NCBI GenBank assembly: GCA_964444075.1 | Contig: CAYUFF010000001.1 | Location: 1-42,330 of the forward strand | Direction of reading: 5' to 3' | Length of the DNA: 42,330 nt | Source of the DNA: an uncultured archaeon | Lineage (GTDB): Archaea > Aenigmatarchaeota > Aenigmatarchaeia > CG10238-14 > SCSR01 | Shown here: one piece after another, positions 1 through 9,204 of the stretch | How positions within the stretch are numbered: position 1 is the stretch's first letter | Layout of the letters: each line of letters begins with the position of its first letter | The notes under the pieces: model-generated | Told to the model about the DNA's origin: nothing | Databases searched by the model: none | What the model saw: only the letters and a program-made list of their open reading frames with translations | Made by a program: the position numbers and the translations under genes

Positions 1-17
1 ATTCGGAAGGAAACCTT

Positions 18-221
18 TTGGTAATAGTTTCCAACGACGGAAAGATGAAGGTGAGCGGCTTCAAAGCTTACGTGGACAACAAGGAGGTCGCGATATTGAA
101 CGAGGTGAAGGAGTTGGATTCTGGCGAAACAGTAGCACTCCAGCTCGATTGGAAGGAGGATTTCTCGAAAGTAGAGGTCGAGACCTCCGAAGGCGCTAAG
201 GACGTCTTCAGAACGATCTAG
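18..221 (+). CDS. Hypothetical protein. Possibly the 3' end of a longer gene truncated by the window start. TTG is the first listed start and the frame is open back to nt 3.
   Basis: ORF track entry. No in-frame stop between nt 3 and 18. The product looks like the C-terminal beta-rich tail of a secreted protein. No recognizable family. Confidence 0.25.
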   Translation: MVIVSNDGKMKVSGFKAYVDNKEVAILNEVKELDSGETVALQLDWKEDFSKVEVETSEGAKDVFRTI

Positions 222-454
222 AGGTATTTTCGGTGACGGTTGAGTAATGTTCCAAGGTAATAGGGTTATCGGGTGTGAAAAAGACGTTCCGTGTGTTGCT
301 CTGGTGTTTGATGTTTAACTGTCCTTTTTTCTGGAGCCTATTAGGGGAAATCGAAAAGGATTAAAGTGTATTCTCGGAGGGTTGTTGGATATGCTGTTGG
401 GTAGAAGGAGTGAGTGAACGTTGTGTAGACTTTGGCTAACGATGAGGAAAATGT

Positions 455-480
455 TGTCTCTGTTAAAAATTTTTAGGGAA
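455..480 (+). promoter_or_regulatory. Candidate archaeal TATA/BRE promoter for the 501..4655 gene
   Basis: A/T-rich 'tgttaaaaatttttaggg' lies about 25-40 nt upstream of the ATG at 501. It is preceded by a ~280-nt GT-rich non-coding region (222..500). Confidence 0.35.
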
Positions 481-500
481 AAACCAAATTTTTTCTCAAG

Positions 501-3500
501 ATGACGCGAGCTTCGGAGGAATTCCAGCGGATGAAGAACCTCTTTCCATTCTTATTCCTAGCTTTATTCCTCCTTTCATTCTTCTTTTACTTGACTCTTG
601 CAGAAAACTTTGAAGCAAGCGTCACGCAAAATTCACCCTCGCCTTGCATTAGCTGCCTAGAGCCTGGTATCGAAAACTTCATAAAAATTTCGATTAACAA
701 CACCGACGCTTCCCTCAACATCACTCAAGTGAACATAACGCTTCCTTCTGGGTTTGGATTCGTTAAGAATAGCAACGGGACTACAGCAAACGAAAGTTCT
801 TCATTCTCCTGTATCGAGCCCAACCTAACTTGGTCCAACATTTCTAAAGTAGGATTCATCAAAAACGGTACCGAGGAGTTTTTCTGGTTCAACGTAACAG
901 TTCCTCAGCTCGTGAACGGGACGCAACTCAACCTGACCGTGACTGTAAAGTTTACCGATGGAAGCGTCAACTCCACCAACCTGACTTTTACCATCTACGA
1001 TACGATTCCTCCAAACTATGAGCATCTCGGCTCCAACCTTACTACAACCCCACATAGGGGTGAAACTTTCTTGTTCTACGCGAACTGGAGCGACAATTCA
1101 GGTGCTGTTGGTTTAGGGAACGCTACGTTAGAAACCAACGTTAGCGGAAGCTGGAAAGTTGAATCTACGAAGGATTTGAACGAATCTTGTACATGGTCGA
1201 ACTTTACCTGGATGATACCCACTAGCGTTAACGTCGGTACCGTGGTAGCGGTGAGGATTAGGGCTAACGACACTGCCAACAACACCAACGTTACCGCTAG
1301 CTTTACTTTTACCGTATGGGGTTATTCTAAGAGTCTAGTCTTCTTGAAGGAAAACGCTACCCACATCAACGTTTCCTGCCGAGTAATCGATGCTACAAAT
1401 TCTTCACCTATTGCGAACTATCCCGTAAAGATCTACAACATAACTCCCTACGGAGAAACTCTCTTAGCCGAAGGTTTGTCAGATAGCGACGGTTGGTTCA
1501 ACTATACGTGGAAAAAAGTGGTTGGGAAGTACAACCTCGTGAAGTTCTCTTGCTCAATCTCCGACAACTCTTCCTTGTTCTACAACGTAACTGAGGTTGC
1601 TAATCAAACCGTGAGGATTTTCCTTACCGCTAACACAACCTTCGGAAATTACACCATTACAAACCTTCTTGAAGCTCACGCTACCCTTCCACACAGGTAC
1701 TTCGTCAACGCCAGCTCGGTAGAGAATTCTACTTTCATCTGGGTGAATTTAACATGGAACAACTGCTCCAAGGACCTAGACTTATTCTTACTCAACTCTT
1801 CGGGAGGATTAATTGAGTTTTCGGTTTCGAAGGAAGGATGCTCAGAAAGTTTGTTAGTTAGGGTGAGCGATGAGGTTTTAGAAATTAGGGTCTACGGAAA
1901 CGTTTCCACGAGCGAGCATTACACTTTAGAGCTTCAGCTTTCAACCATAAACTTTACCAACACTAGCACAAACGAATTCATAGACATCGTGGATTTTGGT
2001 AAAGTTTACCTGGGTAACATTTCTAGGACTAACTTTACCGTGAAAAACGTTGGAAACCTCAACTTCACAATAAGAAAGTTCCAAACTTCTTCTCTCCCTA
2101 ACTCTCCGCACTTAACTAACCTCGGTTTTTACAGGGAGTATGTTTTTAACGGGGTTGAAAGCAAGAACTATACCTTCCTGTTTCCAGAGGCTTCGATCGG
2201 AGTTATCGCGTTGTTAACTTGGGATTCAAACGATAGCTACGAGCTAAGGTTATATTCTCCTAGCGATGTTTTAGTGACGAAGTCTTCTTCCCAGGAAAAA
2301 GCTAGCTACTTTTCGCTCGCTAACGTGTCGAAAAACATGACTTTCTTAAGGTATTCAACTCCTCCTTCTCACGAAGCTGGAGTATGGAAGGTTGAAGTAA
2401 GGAACTTGACTAGATTGGCTACTGGTAACAAGTACGAGTTGGAAATCCTCGTTTTCTACCCAGAGGATAATTTGGTGGCGACTAACTTCACTTCAGCAAG
2501 CCTCAACGAGACTTCAAGCTCATGCGTGGTTTCGCTCAACCTTTCCTCCAACCTCACGAGCGGAAGGTTTTACTACGCTTTCACTCTTGCAGAAAGCAAC
2601 GAAAACGTTCCCGTAGCTTTCTTACTCTTTACTTCGAACACGAGCTCGGCCGAGTTTGTGGTCATGAACCGTCTTGAAAGAAAAACTTTGGAAATGAGCG
2701 AGGACATAGGGTTTAACAGGACCATTCGCTTAGAGATACCGATAAACAACACTGGCAACGCTCCATTAGAAATCAAAGAAATCTCTTGCCCCAAGTTCTT
2801 GAACCATTCGAGCGATACCAAAGCTTACGTAGGAATTAGTTGCTCGCAACTATCGCTTCCCTACGAGCTTCCCGCTAATGGAGGAGTTACTCTGGAAGTA
2901 AACCTTACGTTCAACAAAAGTTCTACCAATGGGTTCAAGGAAGGTATATACTCTGGGGTTTTCAACTTTTCTGTAAACTCTTCTGCGATTTCTGCAACCT
3001 TCAACCTTACTGTAAAGGTGAACCTCACCAGCCGATTGCTCGTGAAGATTCTTTTCATCCAGCCTGAAGTCATTACCGGTGACCAGGAAAAGAACGTTAG
3101 CCTCACGCTCGATATAAGGTTTGCGAACTCTTCAATCATTTCTCCAACGCTCGTGTTGCAGAACTTCACTGATCCTTACATGAAAGCTAGAGACGTTCCT
3201 TCCTACGTAGTAAACCCCACAATCTCTAGCGTTCATACAAGCGGAAGCTTATACAAAGTTAACGTTACCATTTCTCCGTCCCCAGGAAACAACTATACTA
3301 TTTGCATAGGAGTTAACTACAAGGTAACTAACTCCTCCATCATCCTCAGCGGCAGCGATTGCTATCGTTACCTAACAATCTCCAACCCAGCCTTACTCAT
3401 CTACGATATTTCCAAGCCGAGTACCATGTACAACTCAAGCTCTTCCACGGTAAGAGTTTACATTAAGAGTTACGGAAACCGCGACACTCCCGACCCAGCA

Positions 3501-4655
3501 CAAATAAGGTTGCAAGAAACCACTGGCCTTTTGAAAAACATCACCAAGGGCGACACTACTTGTAGCGCAACGTTTGACGAAAGCACCGATACATGGAAAA
3601 TATACTACAAGGCTGGAAACACAACAACCTGCTACGTTTCGTGGAAGATAGAGAGCGGCAAGTCTACAGGAACCGCCTCGCTTAAGCTTTCTTATCCATC
3701 TCATTCACACTGGTGGTTCAACAAATCTATACCATCATTTTCGATTACGATAGAGGCTCCCTCCGAGGAAGAGGAAGAAGAATTTCCGCCACCTGAAGAA
3801 GAGGAGGAGCAACCTACTTACGTGGTCGAGCTTGAGTTTGTAGAAGCTCCTTCGTTAGTCTTGGTAGTCCAAAACGCTACTAACACCACTACCGTCGTGG
3901 TGAAAAACGCTGGAAACAAGACCGTAACGGTATACTTCACCATCGAGAACATAACCTCCGATTGGTTCGCGCTCAACGATTCTTCCGAAGAGCTTTCCCC
4001 AGGAGAGAAAGCAGCATTCAAAATTTTGTTCAACGTAGGAAACGCTGAAATAGGGGATTACGAAGGTAAGTACAAAGCTTCCTGCTCTGAGAAAGTCGTT
4101 AGGAAGAGCTTCACCCTAAGAGTTTTACCGAGCGAGAAGAAAAAGGAGGAGATAAATTCGACGATCGCCGTCTTCAAACAAAACTACTCTTCCCTCGTGA
4201 ACGAAACCAGTGAGCTGGAAAGTCTTGGTTACGACGTCAGCAAGGTGAAAGATTTGCTGAATAAGTTGGAGAAGAAGATAGAAAATGCTGAAAGTTTCGT
4301 GAAGGCGGGGGATTACATCTCCGCTTACCAGCTCTTCGATTCCATCAAATCACTCATAGGCCAAATTCACGTCGAACTTCAAAAAGTCAAGAAGGCAGAA
4401 GAAAGAAAGCCAGAAGAAGAGAAAAAAGCGAAGGGCTTTCCGTGGGGAATAGTTATTCCAGCGCTCTGCGGAATATTCGCCGCGATAATCCTGGCTTATC
4501 TCTTCTGGCCATCTGAAGAAGGATTCCAACCACAGAAAAAGAGATACGTACCTCCGAAGCGAAGAAAGTTTTCGTTTAAAAGACTTTTTTCGGGAGGAGA
4601 GCTCGAAGAAAAGTGGAAAAAGCTCTACCAAAAGTATTCCAAGAGCAGGAAATAA
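501..4655 (+). CDS. Large cell-surface (S-layer-like) glycoprotein, 1384 aa. It has an N-terminal signal/TM segment, dozens of N-x-S/T sequons, a poly-Glu/Pro linker, a coiled coil, a C-terminal TM helix and a basic cytoplasmic tail.
   Basis: Hydrophobic N-terminus 'LFPFLFLALFLLSFFFYLTLA'. Very dense N-x-S/T sequons throughout. Acidic stretch 'SEEEEEEFPPPEEEEEQ'. C-terminal 'GFPWGIVIPALCGIFAAIILAYLFW' TM followed by K/R-rich tail 'KKRYVPPKRRKFSFKRLF'. Single long ORF with no competing frame. Confidence 0.85.
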   Translation: MTRASEEFQRMKNLFPFLFLALFLLSFFFYLTLAENFEASVTQNSPSPCISCLEPGIENFIKISINNTDASLNITQVNITLPSGFGFVKNSNGTTANESSSFSCIEPNLTWSNISKVGFIKNGTEEFFWFNVTVPQLVNGTQLNLTVTVKFTDGSVNSTNLTFTIYDTIPPNYEHLGSNLTTTPHRGETFLFYANWSDNSGAVGLGNATLETNVSGSWKVESTKDLNESCTWSNFTWMIPTSVNVGTVVAVRIRANDTANNTNVTASFTFTVWGYSKSLVFLKENATHINVSCRVIDATNSSPIANYPVKIYNITPYGETLLAEGLSDSDGWFNYTWKKVVGKYNLVKFSCSISDNSSLFYNVTEVANQTVRIFLTANTTFGNYTITNLLEAHATLPHRYFVNASSVENSTFIWVNLTWNNCSKDLDLFLLNSSGGLIEFSVSKEGCSESLLVRVSDEVLEIRVYGNVSTSEHYTLELQLSTINFTNTSTNEFIDIVDFGKVYLGNISRTNFTVKNVGNLNFTIRKFQTSSLPNSPHLTNLGFYREYVFNGVESKNYTFLFPEASIGVIALLTWDSNDSYELRLYSPSDVLVTKSSSQEKASYFSLANVSKNMTFLRYSTPPSHEAGVWKVEVRNLTRLATGNKYELEILVFYPEDNLVATNFTSASLNETSSSCVVSLNLSSNLTSGRFYYAFTLAESNENVPVAFLLFTSNTSSAEFVVMNRLERKTLEMSEDIGFNRTIRLEIPINNTGNAPLEIKEISCPKFLNHSSDTKAYVGISCSQLSLPYELPANGGVTLEVNLTFNKSSTNGFKEGIYSGVFNFSVNSSAISATFNLTVKVNLTSRLLVKILFIQPEVITGDQEKNVSLTLDIRFANSSIISPTLVLQNFTDPYMKARDVPSYVVNPTISSVHTSGSLYKVNVTISPSPGNNYTICIGVNYKVTNSSIILSGSDCYRYLTISNPALLIYDISKPSTMYNSSSSTVRVYIKSYGNRDTPDPAQIRLQETTGLLKNITKGDTTCSATFDESTDTWKIYYKAGNTTTCYVSWKIESGKSTGTASLKLSYPSHSHWWFNKSIPSFSITIEAPSEEEEEEFPPPEEEEEQPTYVVELEFVEAPSLVLVVQNATNTTTVVVKNAGNKTVTVYFTIENITSDWFALNDSSEELSPGEKAAFKILFNVGNAEIGDYEGKYKASCSEKVVRKSFTLRVLPSEKKKEEINSTIAVFKQNYSSLVNETSELESLGYDVSKVKDLLNKLEKKIENAESFVKAGDYISAYQLFDSIKSLIGQIHVELQKVKKAEERKPEEEKKAKGFPWGIVIPALCGIFAAIILAYLFWPSEEGFQPQKKRYVPPKRRKFSFKRLFSGGELEEKWKKLYQKYSKSRK
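3764..3812 (+). other. Low-complexity acidic (Glu/Pro) linker inside the 1384-aa surface protein
   Basis: DNA 'gaggaagaggaagaagaatttccgccacctgaagaagaggaggagcaa' encodes EEEEEEFPPPEEEEEQ. Confidence 0.6.
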
Positions 4656-4662
4656 AGATTGC

Positions 4663-5175
4663 TCAAAGGTTCGTCAGCGATTTCTTCTTCAACAGCTCCA
4701 CGATCTTTAGCGTAACTTCTTTCCTTACAACGCCTTCCATACCCTCTAGCTCCTTGAAATCCTTGGAATGGAGAATTCTCTCTAAAATTTCCTTGCAACG
4801 GTTCGTGAGTCGTTGAACCATCAATTGCTCTGTTGCACCGAAGCTTTCGTTCACGCAACCTATGAGCTCGTCGAGAAAAAACATGATGACAGCTTTGTAA
4901 CCATCAAAGAATTTCCCAGCACTTCTCTCCCCAAGCAATTCCCTTTTGACGCTCACCAGCTCTTCGTTCTTGAATTCCCCCAGCCTGAGCAGGAGGTTGT
5001 CGCAAAAGTTTTTCCTGAACCGCTTTGAATCGAGGATTTCTTCTAACACAAGCGAGATCGCTAAGGGTTTGAGCTCTTTGAGCAGCAGCCCCATAATTAA
5101 TACTAGGTTGGAGGAACCTTTTTTGAATTTTTCCTTCAAGGGTTCCTCAGCCTTATGTTCACGAACTTCTTGCAT
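4663..5175 (-). CDS. Hypothetical alpha-helical protein downstream of nrdG. The start is uncertain. The ORF extends to a GTG at 5250. ATG candidates are at 5175 and 5094.
   Basis: ORF 4663..5250. A start at 5250 would overlap nrdG by 115 nt. The ATG at 5175 gives a 40-nt overlap. The ATG at 5094 leaves a gap. No family recognized. Confidence 0.45.
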   Translation of the reverse strand: MQEVREHKAEEPLKEKFKKGSSNLVLIMGLLLKELKPLAISLVLEEILDSKRFRKNFCDNLLLRLGEFKNEELVSVKRELLGERSAGKFFDGYKAVIMFFLDELIGCVNESFGATEQLMVQRLTNRCKEILERILHSKDFKELEGMEGVVRKEVTLKIVELLKKKSLTNL

Positions 5176-5846
5176 TCCTCGATGATTTCCTCTATCTCCT
5201 CCTTCTCGTATGGCGTCAGCCTTTTCCCTCCGACGACCTCTCCATACCACCTGAAATTCTGGAGATAATAAACCCTCGCCCCTCGAATTCGCTTGCAGAT
5301 TTCTACTATATCGTCCTTCGAGATTATCTCTTTAGCTATGGTCGTCCTGAAATCGTACTCTATTTTCGAGTTCATCAGCAACTCTATCGAGCGCTGAACG
5401 TTCTCGAACATCTCTTCGGTAAGCACACCTCCAACCATCTCTCTGTACTTCCCGAACTCCAGCCTCGTCTTTATGTCCATCCCAACGTAATCGACCAAGC
5501 CCTCGTCGATCAACCTTTCTAGAACCTTCGAGTTCGTTCCGTTCGTCTCCAACCCAACCAAGAAACCCATGGATTTTATCCTTTCGACGAACTCGACCAA
5601 ATCCGGTTGGATGGTAGGTTCTCCTCCCGTAATTACGACGGCGTCGACCAACCCCCTGTTCTTCTCCAAGTACGAGAATATTTCTTCCTCAGGAAAATCT
5701 CCTATGCTCTCCATCCTTTCGGGCAACACGAGCTGCGGCACGTAGCAGAACTTGCACCTGAAGTTGCAACCCTTAGTGAAGACTATCGCCGAGACTTTAC
5801 CTGGGTAATCGACTAGGCTTAGCTTTTGGAAACCGCCTATCCTCAT
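5136..5846 (-). CDS. nrdG: Anaerobic ribonucleoside-triphosphate reductase activating protein (radical SAM, NrdG family)
   Basis: CxxxCxxC radical-SAM motif 'GCNFRCKFC' about 25 aa after the internal Met (ORF-track residue 48). 'ITGGEPT' SAM-binding glycine-rich motif. The ATG at 5846 overlaps the nrdD stop (ATGA). The track's longer N-extension would overlap nrdD by about 145 nt. Confidence 0.8.
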   Translation of the reverse strand: MRIGGFQKLSLVDYPGKVSAIVFTKGCNFRCKFCYVPQLVLPERMESIGDFPEEEIFSYLEKNRGLVDAVVITGGEPTIQPDLVEFVERIKSMGFLVGLETNGTNSKVLERLIDEGLVDYVGMDIKTRLEFGKYREMVGGVLTEEMFENVQRSIELLMNSKIEYDFRTTIAKEIISKDDIVEICKRIRGARVYYLQNFRWYGEVVGGKRLTPYEKEEIEEIIEECKKFVNIRLRNP

Positions 5847-8800
5847 CCCGCCTTCCCCCGAATACTCTCGTCGAACTTCTTCCTCTGCTTGAACTCCTCC
5901 TGCTTGCCTGGATTCCACTGGTCTATCGGCCTCAGGTATCCAACTATTCTCGAATAAACCTCTGCCTCCGCGTTGCACTTGGGACATCTCGGAAACTCTC
6001 CAGGAAGATAGCCGTGAGAAGGACAGATGCTGAAGGTTGGAGTTAGCGTAAAATAGGGAATCCTGAAGTTCTCACAAACCTTCCTAACCAGCGCTACCAC
6101 GCTTTCTACAGGAGGGTTCGCCTCCCCCAGCCAAACGTGCACCACCGTTCCTCCGGTATACTTGAGTTGGAGTGGCTCTTGCAACCTCAGCATTTCCCAG
6201 AGGTCGTCAGTGTAATAAACAGGAAGCTGGGTAGAATTCGTGTAGTAAGGCTCTGCCCCCTTTCTAACGTCTTCCTCGTTCGCGACTATTATGTTCGGGA
6301 ACTTGCTTTTGTCTATCCTCGCCAGCCTGTAGCTGCACCCCTCTGCGGGCGTCGCTTCCAAGTTATAGATGTTTCCCGTTTCCTCCTGGAAATCCTTGAT
6401 CCTTTCGAGCATGAAATCCAGAACTTTCAGCGCGAAGTCTATGCCCTCTTTCTCTCCTATGCTGCAGCCTAGGAAGTTCAAGCAAGCCTCGTTCATCCCT
6501 ATGAGCCCTATGGTTGAGAAGTGATTCTTCCAGTAAGCCCCGGTCTCTTTCTTGATGTTCCTCAGGTAAAACCTAGAGTAGGGGTAGAGACCGAGCTCGG
6601 TGAATTTTTCTAGCCACTCCCTTTTTATCTCGAGCGATTGCTTAGCAAGCTCCATGAGCTCGGAAAGCCTCTCGAAAAAATCGCTCTCATCCTTGGCGAG
6701 ATAGCCTATCCTCGCCATGTTGATGGTTACTACTCCTATACTGCCCGTTAAAGGATAGGCAGCGAACAAACCACCTCCTCTCTTCTTGAGTTCTCTTTTG
6801 TCGAGCCTCAAGTGGCAACAGTTGTGAGTGATGATTCCGAGGGAATGGACGAACAGATGGTTTTTCTCCAGTTCGATGTCGAAAAACTCCTGCTTTTCGT
6901 TCAGCTTTATCAGCTCACAACTCTCTACCCTAACCAACGCGACGTCTCCTCCGGCTATCAATCTGCTAAACCACGTGTGTGCCTCGTACTTATCCAAGGT
7001 TCTTATACCCACCATCCTGGATTTTTTCAAGCCAGGCACTAAGTAAGTAGACTTTGCCATCCAACCCGGCACTCTTTCGTAGAGAGTAGGCTGCTTGGAT
7101 TTCGAGTGCTGGACATAAATCCTTTGACTTTTTTTCTTCTCTCTGTAACAAACCGGTATACCGATCAGCGAGGCCATGATCGCCAAGTCCCTCGCCAACT
7201 CCTTGTCGTTGATGTGCAACTCTTTATTCCTTTCGTATCCATCACCCAGGAAGAAAGATTCGAAGAACGCTTTCATTACGCTAGCGGGGGAGTCGAAGAG
7301 TATCTGCGGTAGCCTCCCGTATTTTCTGAATCCAGCATCATAGAGAGTCCTAGCGATCTCGACGGAGTAAACGTAAAGGTAGTAAGTGTTGTATCTCGGG
7401 TCTTTCCTGCCCTTGGGAGAGTAACCGAAAACCTCCTCTATCAGGGAACGGACTTTCTCGATCAACTCTTTATCTTTATCTTTGCTGTTGAACGTGAACT
7501 GAAGTCCTTTCGGTAACCCGTACGTCCTCACGTTCTTCCTCGTCTCGAATATGTAGTTTCCATCGGCCGTGAAGAAACCGAGCAAGCTGGCTAATTTCTC
7601 GTCGAGAGTAAACTTACCGACCTTTTTGTAACGCCTGCTCAGGCTTCGTCTCGCAGACCTGAGGGTTAGCAACAAATCTCCCTTCCTCACATCCTTGGCG
7701 AGCTTCAGCACGATACCTTGAGGAGTAACCACCGGTATCACGTGGTTGGTAGAAAACCTCACCGACTTCCCGTCGCTAGTGGTTATCCTCACCATCTTAT
7801 CGTCACTCACCCTCAAAAACCTCACGACTTTAACCCACTCCAGCTCGAAGGTTTGTGGGTTGAGGGATAAAACTTCCAACCGCCTTTTCGGAACCTCCCA
7901 ACCATCGCCGTCGAAATCAGCATACTCCTTAGCGATTTCACCCATGGTTTTCCTCTTTATTTCTCCGTCGTTCCTGACCAAAACCTCTTCCTCTGGATGC
8001 AAGCACATGCTCCTAACATCTTCTGGCTTCATGTCGGAGTTTATGAAGTTCGCAAAATAGGGTATCCCGTACTTCGCCGAGGTTTCGAAAATTTTCAAAG
8101 TCCCTTCGCTACCCCAGTCGAAATCCTTCGTTATGTTTATCGTCGGTATCGGAAAGGTAAAGACCCTTCCTACTCCATCACCCTCCAGCATCACTTCCGC
8201 CAGAGCCTTGTTGAAGGTATTCATCTCCTCCTGAAAATCTCCGTAGGTTTCTTCCATGAGTTTTCCTCCTATGATCACAGGCTCATCCTTCATAAAATCA
8301 GGAACTTTTAAGTCGAGAGTTATATTGGTAAAAGGTGTTTGAAATCCGACCCTTGTAGGAACGTTCATGTTGAAGATAAACTCTTGGAGAGCCTGCTTGA
8401 CCTGCTTGAAGTTGAGGTTGTCGTACCTTATGAATGGAGCGAGATAAGTATCAAAGTTCGAAAGAGCCTGGGCTCCCGCTGCCTCTCCTTGAAGGGTGAA
8501 GAGAAAGTTTACCACCTGCCCTAGAGCTGACCTGAAATGCTTCGCGGGCTTGCAGGTAATCTTTCCCCTCACTCCCCTGAAGCCCGTGAGCAAGAGATCT
8601 CTTAGATCCCAACCAACGCAGTAAGCTCCCAACATTCCTAAGTCGTGGATGTGGAAGTCCCCGTTGATGTGAGCCTCCGCTATCTTCCTGTTCCTCTTCA
8701 GATAAATCTTGTGCAGCCAGTACTGGGAGATTACCTGCGAAGATATGTGAAAGTTCAGGGCTTGCAGGGAAAATGTCGTGTTCGCGTTCTCCCTTACAAG

Positions 8801-9151
8801 CCAGGTCTGCTTCTTCAAGTACCCGTCAACGAGCTCCCTTATCTGGTTGTGGAGGGCTCGATAGAGGATGTACGCCTTGGCGGTTTTGTAATGACCGTGT
8901 TCCACCAAAACCTTTTCCACGGCATCTTGAACCTGCTCAACATGAGGAATCTCCCCTGGCTTCAGCTGCTTTTCGAGGAGTTCGACAACCCTATCCGCTA
9001 ACCATTCAGCACGTTTCTTATCCTTACCTCCCACGGCCTGTGCAGCCTTCCAAATAGCCTCGACGATCCTGTTTTTGTCGAACTTTACTATCCTTCCGTC
9101 CCTTTTCCTTATCTTCTCGATTACCATGCTACCAAAACTTTCTTTTTTCAC
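5843..9151 (-). CDS. nrdD: Anaerobic (class III) ribonucleoside-triphosphate reductase NrdD, intein-containing precursor (1102 aa)
   Basis: N-terminal ATP-cone 'VIEKIRKRDGRIVKFDKNRIVEAI'. C-terminal zinc-ribbon/glycyl-radical region 'CPSHGY...CPKCN...SRIVGYLRP'. 'SMCC' active-site neighbourhood interrupted by the intein. Followed by a radical-SAM activase. Confidence 0.9.
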   Translation of the reverse strand: MKKESFGSMVIEKIRKRDGRIVKFDKNRIVEAIWKAAQAVGGKDKKRAEWLADRVVELLEKQLKPGEIPHVEQVQDAVEKVLVEHGHYKTAKAYILYRALHNQIRELVDGYLKKQTWLVRENANTTFSLQALNFHISSQVISQYWLHKIYLKRNRKIAEAHINGDFHIHDLGMLGAYCVGWDLRDLLLTGFRGVRGKITCKPAKHFRSALGQVVNFLFTLQGEAAGAQALSNFDTYLAPFIRYDNLNFKQVKQALQEFIFNMNVPTRVGFQTPFTNITLDLKVPDFMKDEPVIIGGKLMEETYGDFQEEMNTFNKALAEVMLEGDGVGRVFTFPIPTINITKDFDWGSEGTLKIFETSAKYGIPYFANFINSDMKPEDVRSMCLHPEEEVLVRNDGEIKRKTMGEIAKEYADFDGDGWEVPKRRLEVLSLNPQTFELEWVKVVRFLRVSDDKMVRITTSDGKSVRFSTNHVIPVVTPQGIVLKLAKDVRKGDLLLTLRSARRSLSRRYKKVGKFTLDEKLASLLGFFTADGNYIFETRKNVRTYGLPKGLQFTFNSKDKDKELIEKVRSLIEEVFGYSPKGRKDPRYNTYYLYVYSVEIARTLYDAGFRKYGRLPQILFDSPASVMKAFFESFFLGDGYERNKELHINDKELARDLAIMASLIGIPVCYREKKKSQRIYVQHSKSKQPTLYERVPGWMAKSTYLVPGLKKSRMVGIRTLDKYEAHTWFSRLIAGGDVALVRVESCELIKLNEKQEFFDIELEKNHLFVHSLGIITHNCCHLRLDKRELKKRGGGLFAAYPLTGSIGVVTINMARIGYLAKDESDFFERLSELMELAKQSLEIKREWLEKFTELGLYPYSRFYLRNIKKETGAYWKNHFSTIGLIGMNEACLNFLGCSIGEKEGIDFALKVLDFMLERIKDFQEETGNIYNLEATPAEGCSYRLARIDKSKFPNIIVANEEDVRKGAEPYYTNSTQLPVYYTDDLWEMLRLQEPLQLKYTGGTVVHVWLGEANPPVESVVALVRKVCENFRIPYFTLTPTFSICPSHGYLPGEFPRCPKCNAEAEVYSRIVGYLRPIDQWNPGKQEEFKQRKKFDESIRGKAG
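6821..8005 (-). mobile_element. Intein (395 aa) with a LAGLIDADG homing-endonuclease domain inserted in NrdD between 'DVRSM' and 'CCHLRLD'
   Basis: Starts with Cys (codon 8005..8003, 'CLHPEEEVLV'). Block B 'FSTNHVIP'. Two LAGLIDADG motifs 'LASLLGFFTADGNY' and 'AFFESFFLGDGYE'. Terminal 'VHSLGIITHN' followed by Cys +1 (codon 6820..6818). Boundaries verified codon-by-codon on the sequence. Confidence 0.8.
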
Positions 9152-9204
9152 GAAAAATCTTTATTTAGAATTTTCTCTCCGACAATCCAACCTTTCCACT
9201 AATC

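Noticed and set aside
825-4033. Multiple 60-100-aa ORFs on the minus strand inside the 501..4655 gene (825..1055, 1076..1288, 2573..2821, 2861..3169, 3435..3704, 3818..4033)
   Set aside because: They are antisense shadow ORFs within a long, uninterrupted, compositionally consistent sense ORF. No motifs or start context support them.
5847-5987. 47-codon N-terminal extension of nrdG given in the ORF track (start 5987)
   Set aside because: It would overlap the nrdD C-terminal glycyl-radical region by ~145 nt. The internal ATG at 5846 sits ~25 aa before the CxxxCxxC motif and overlaps the nrdD stop by ATGA.
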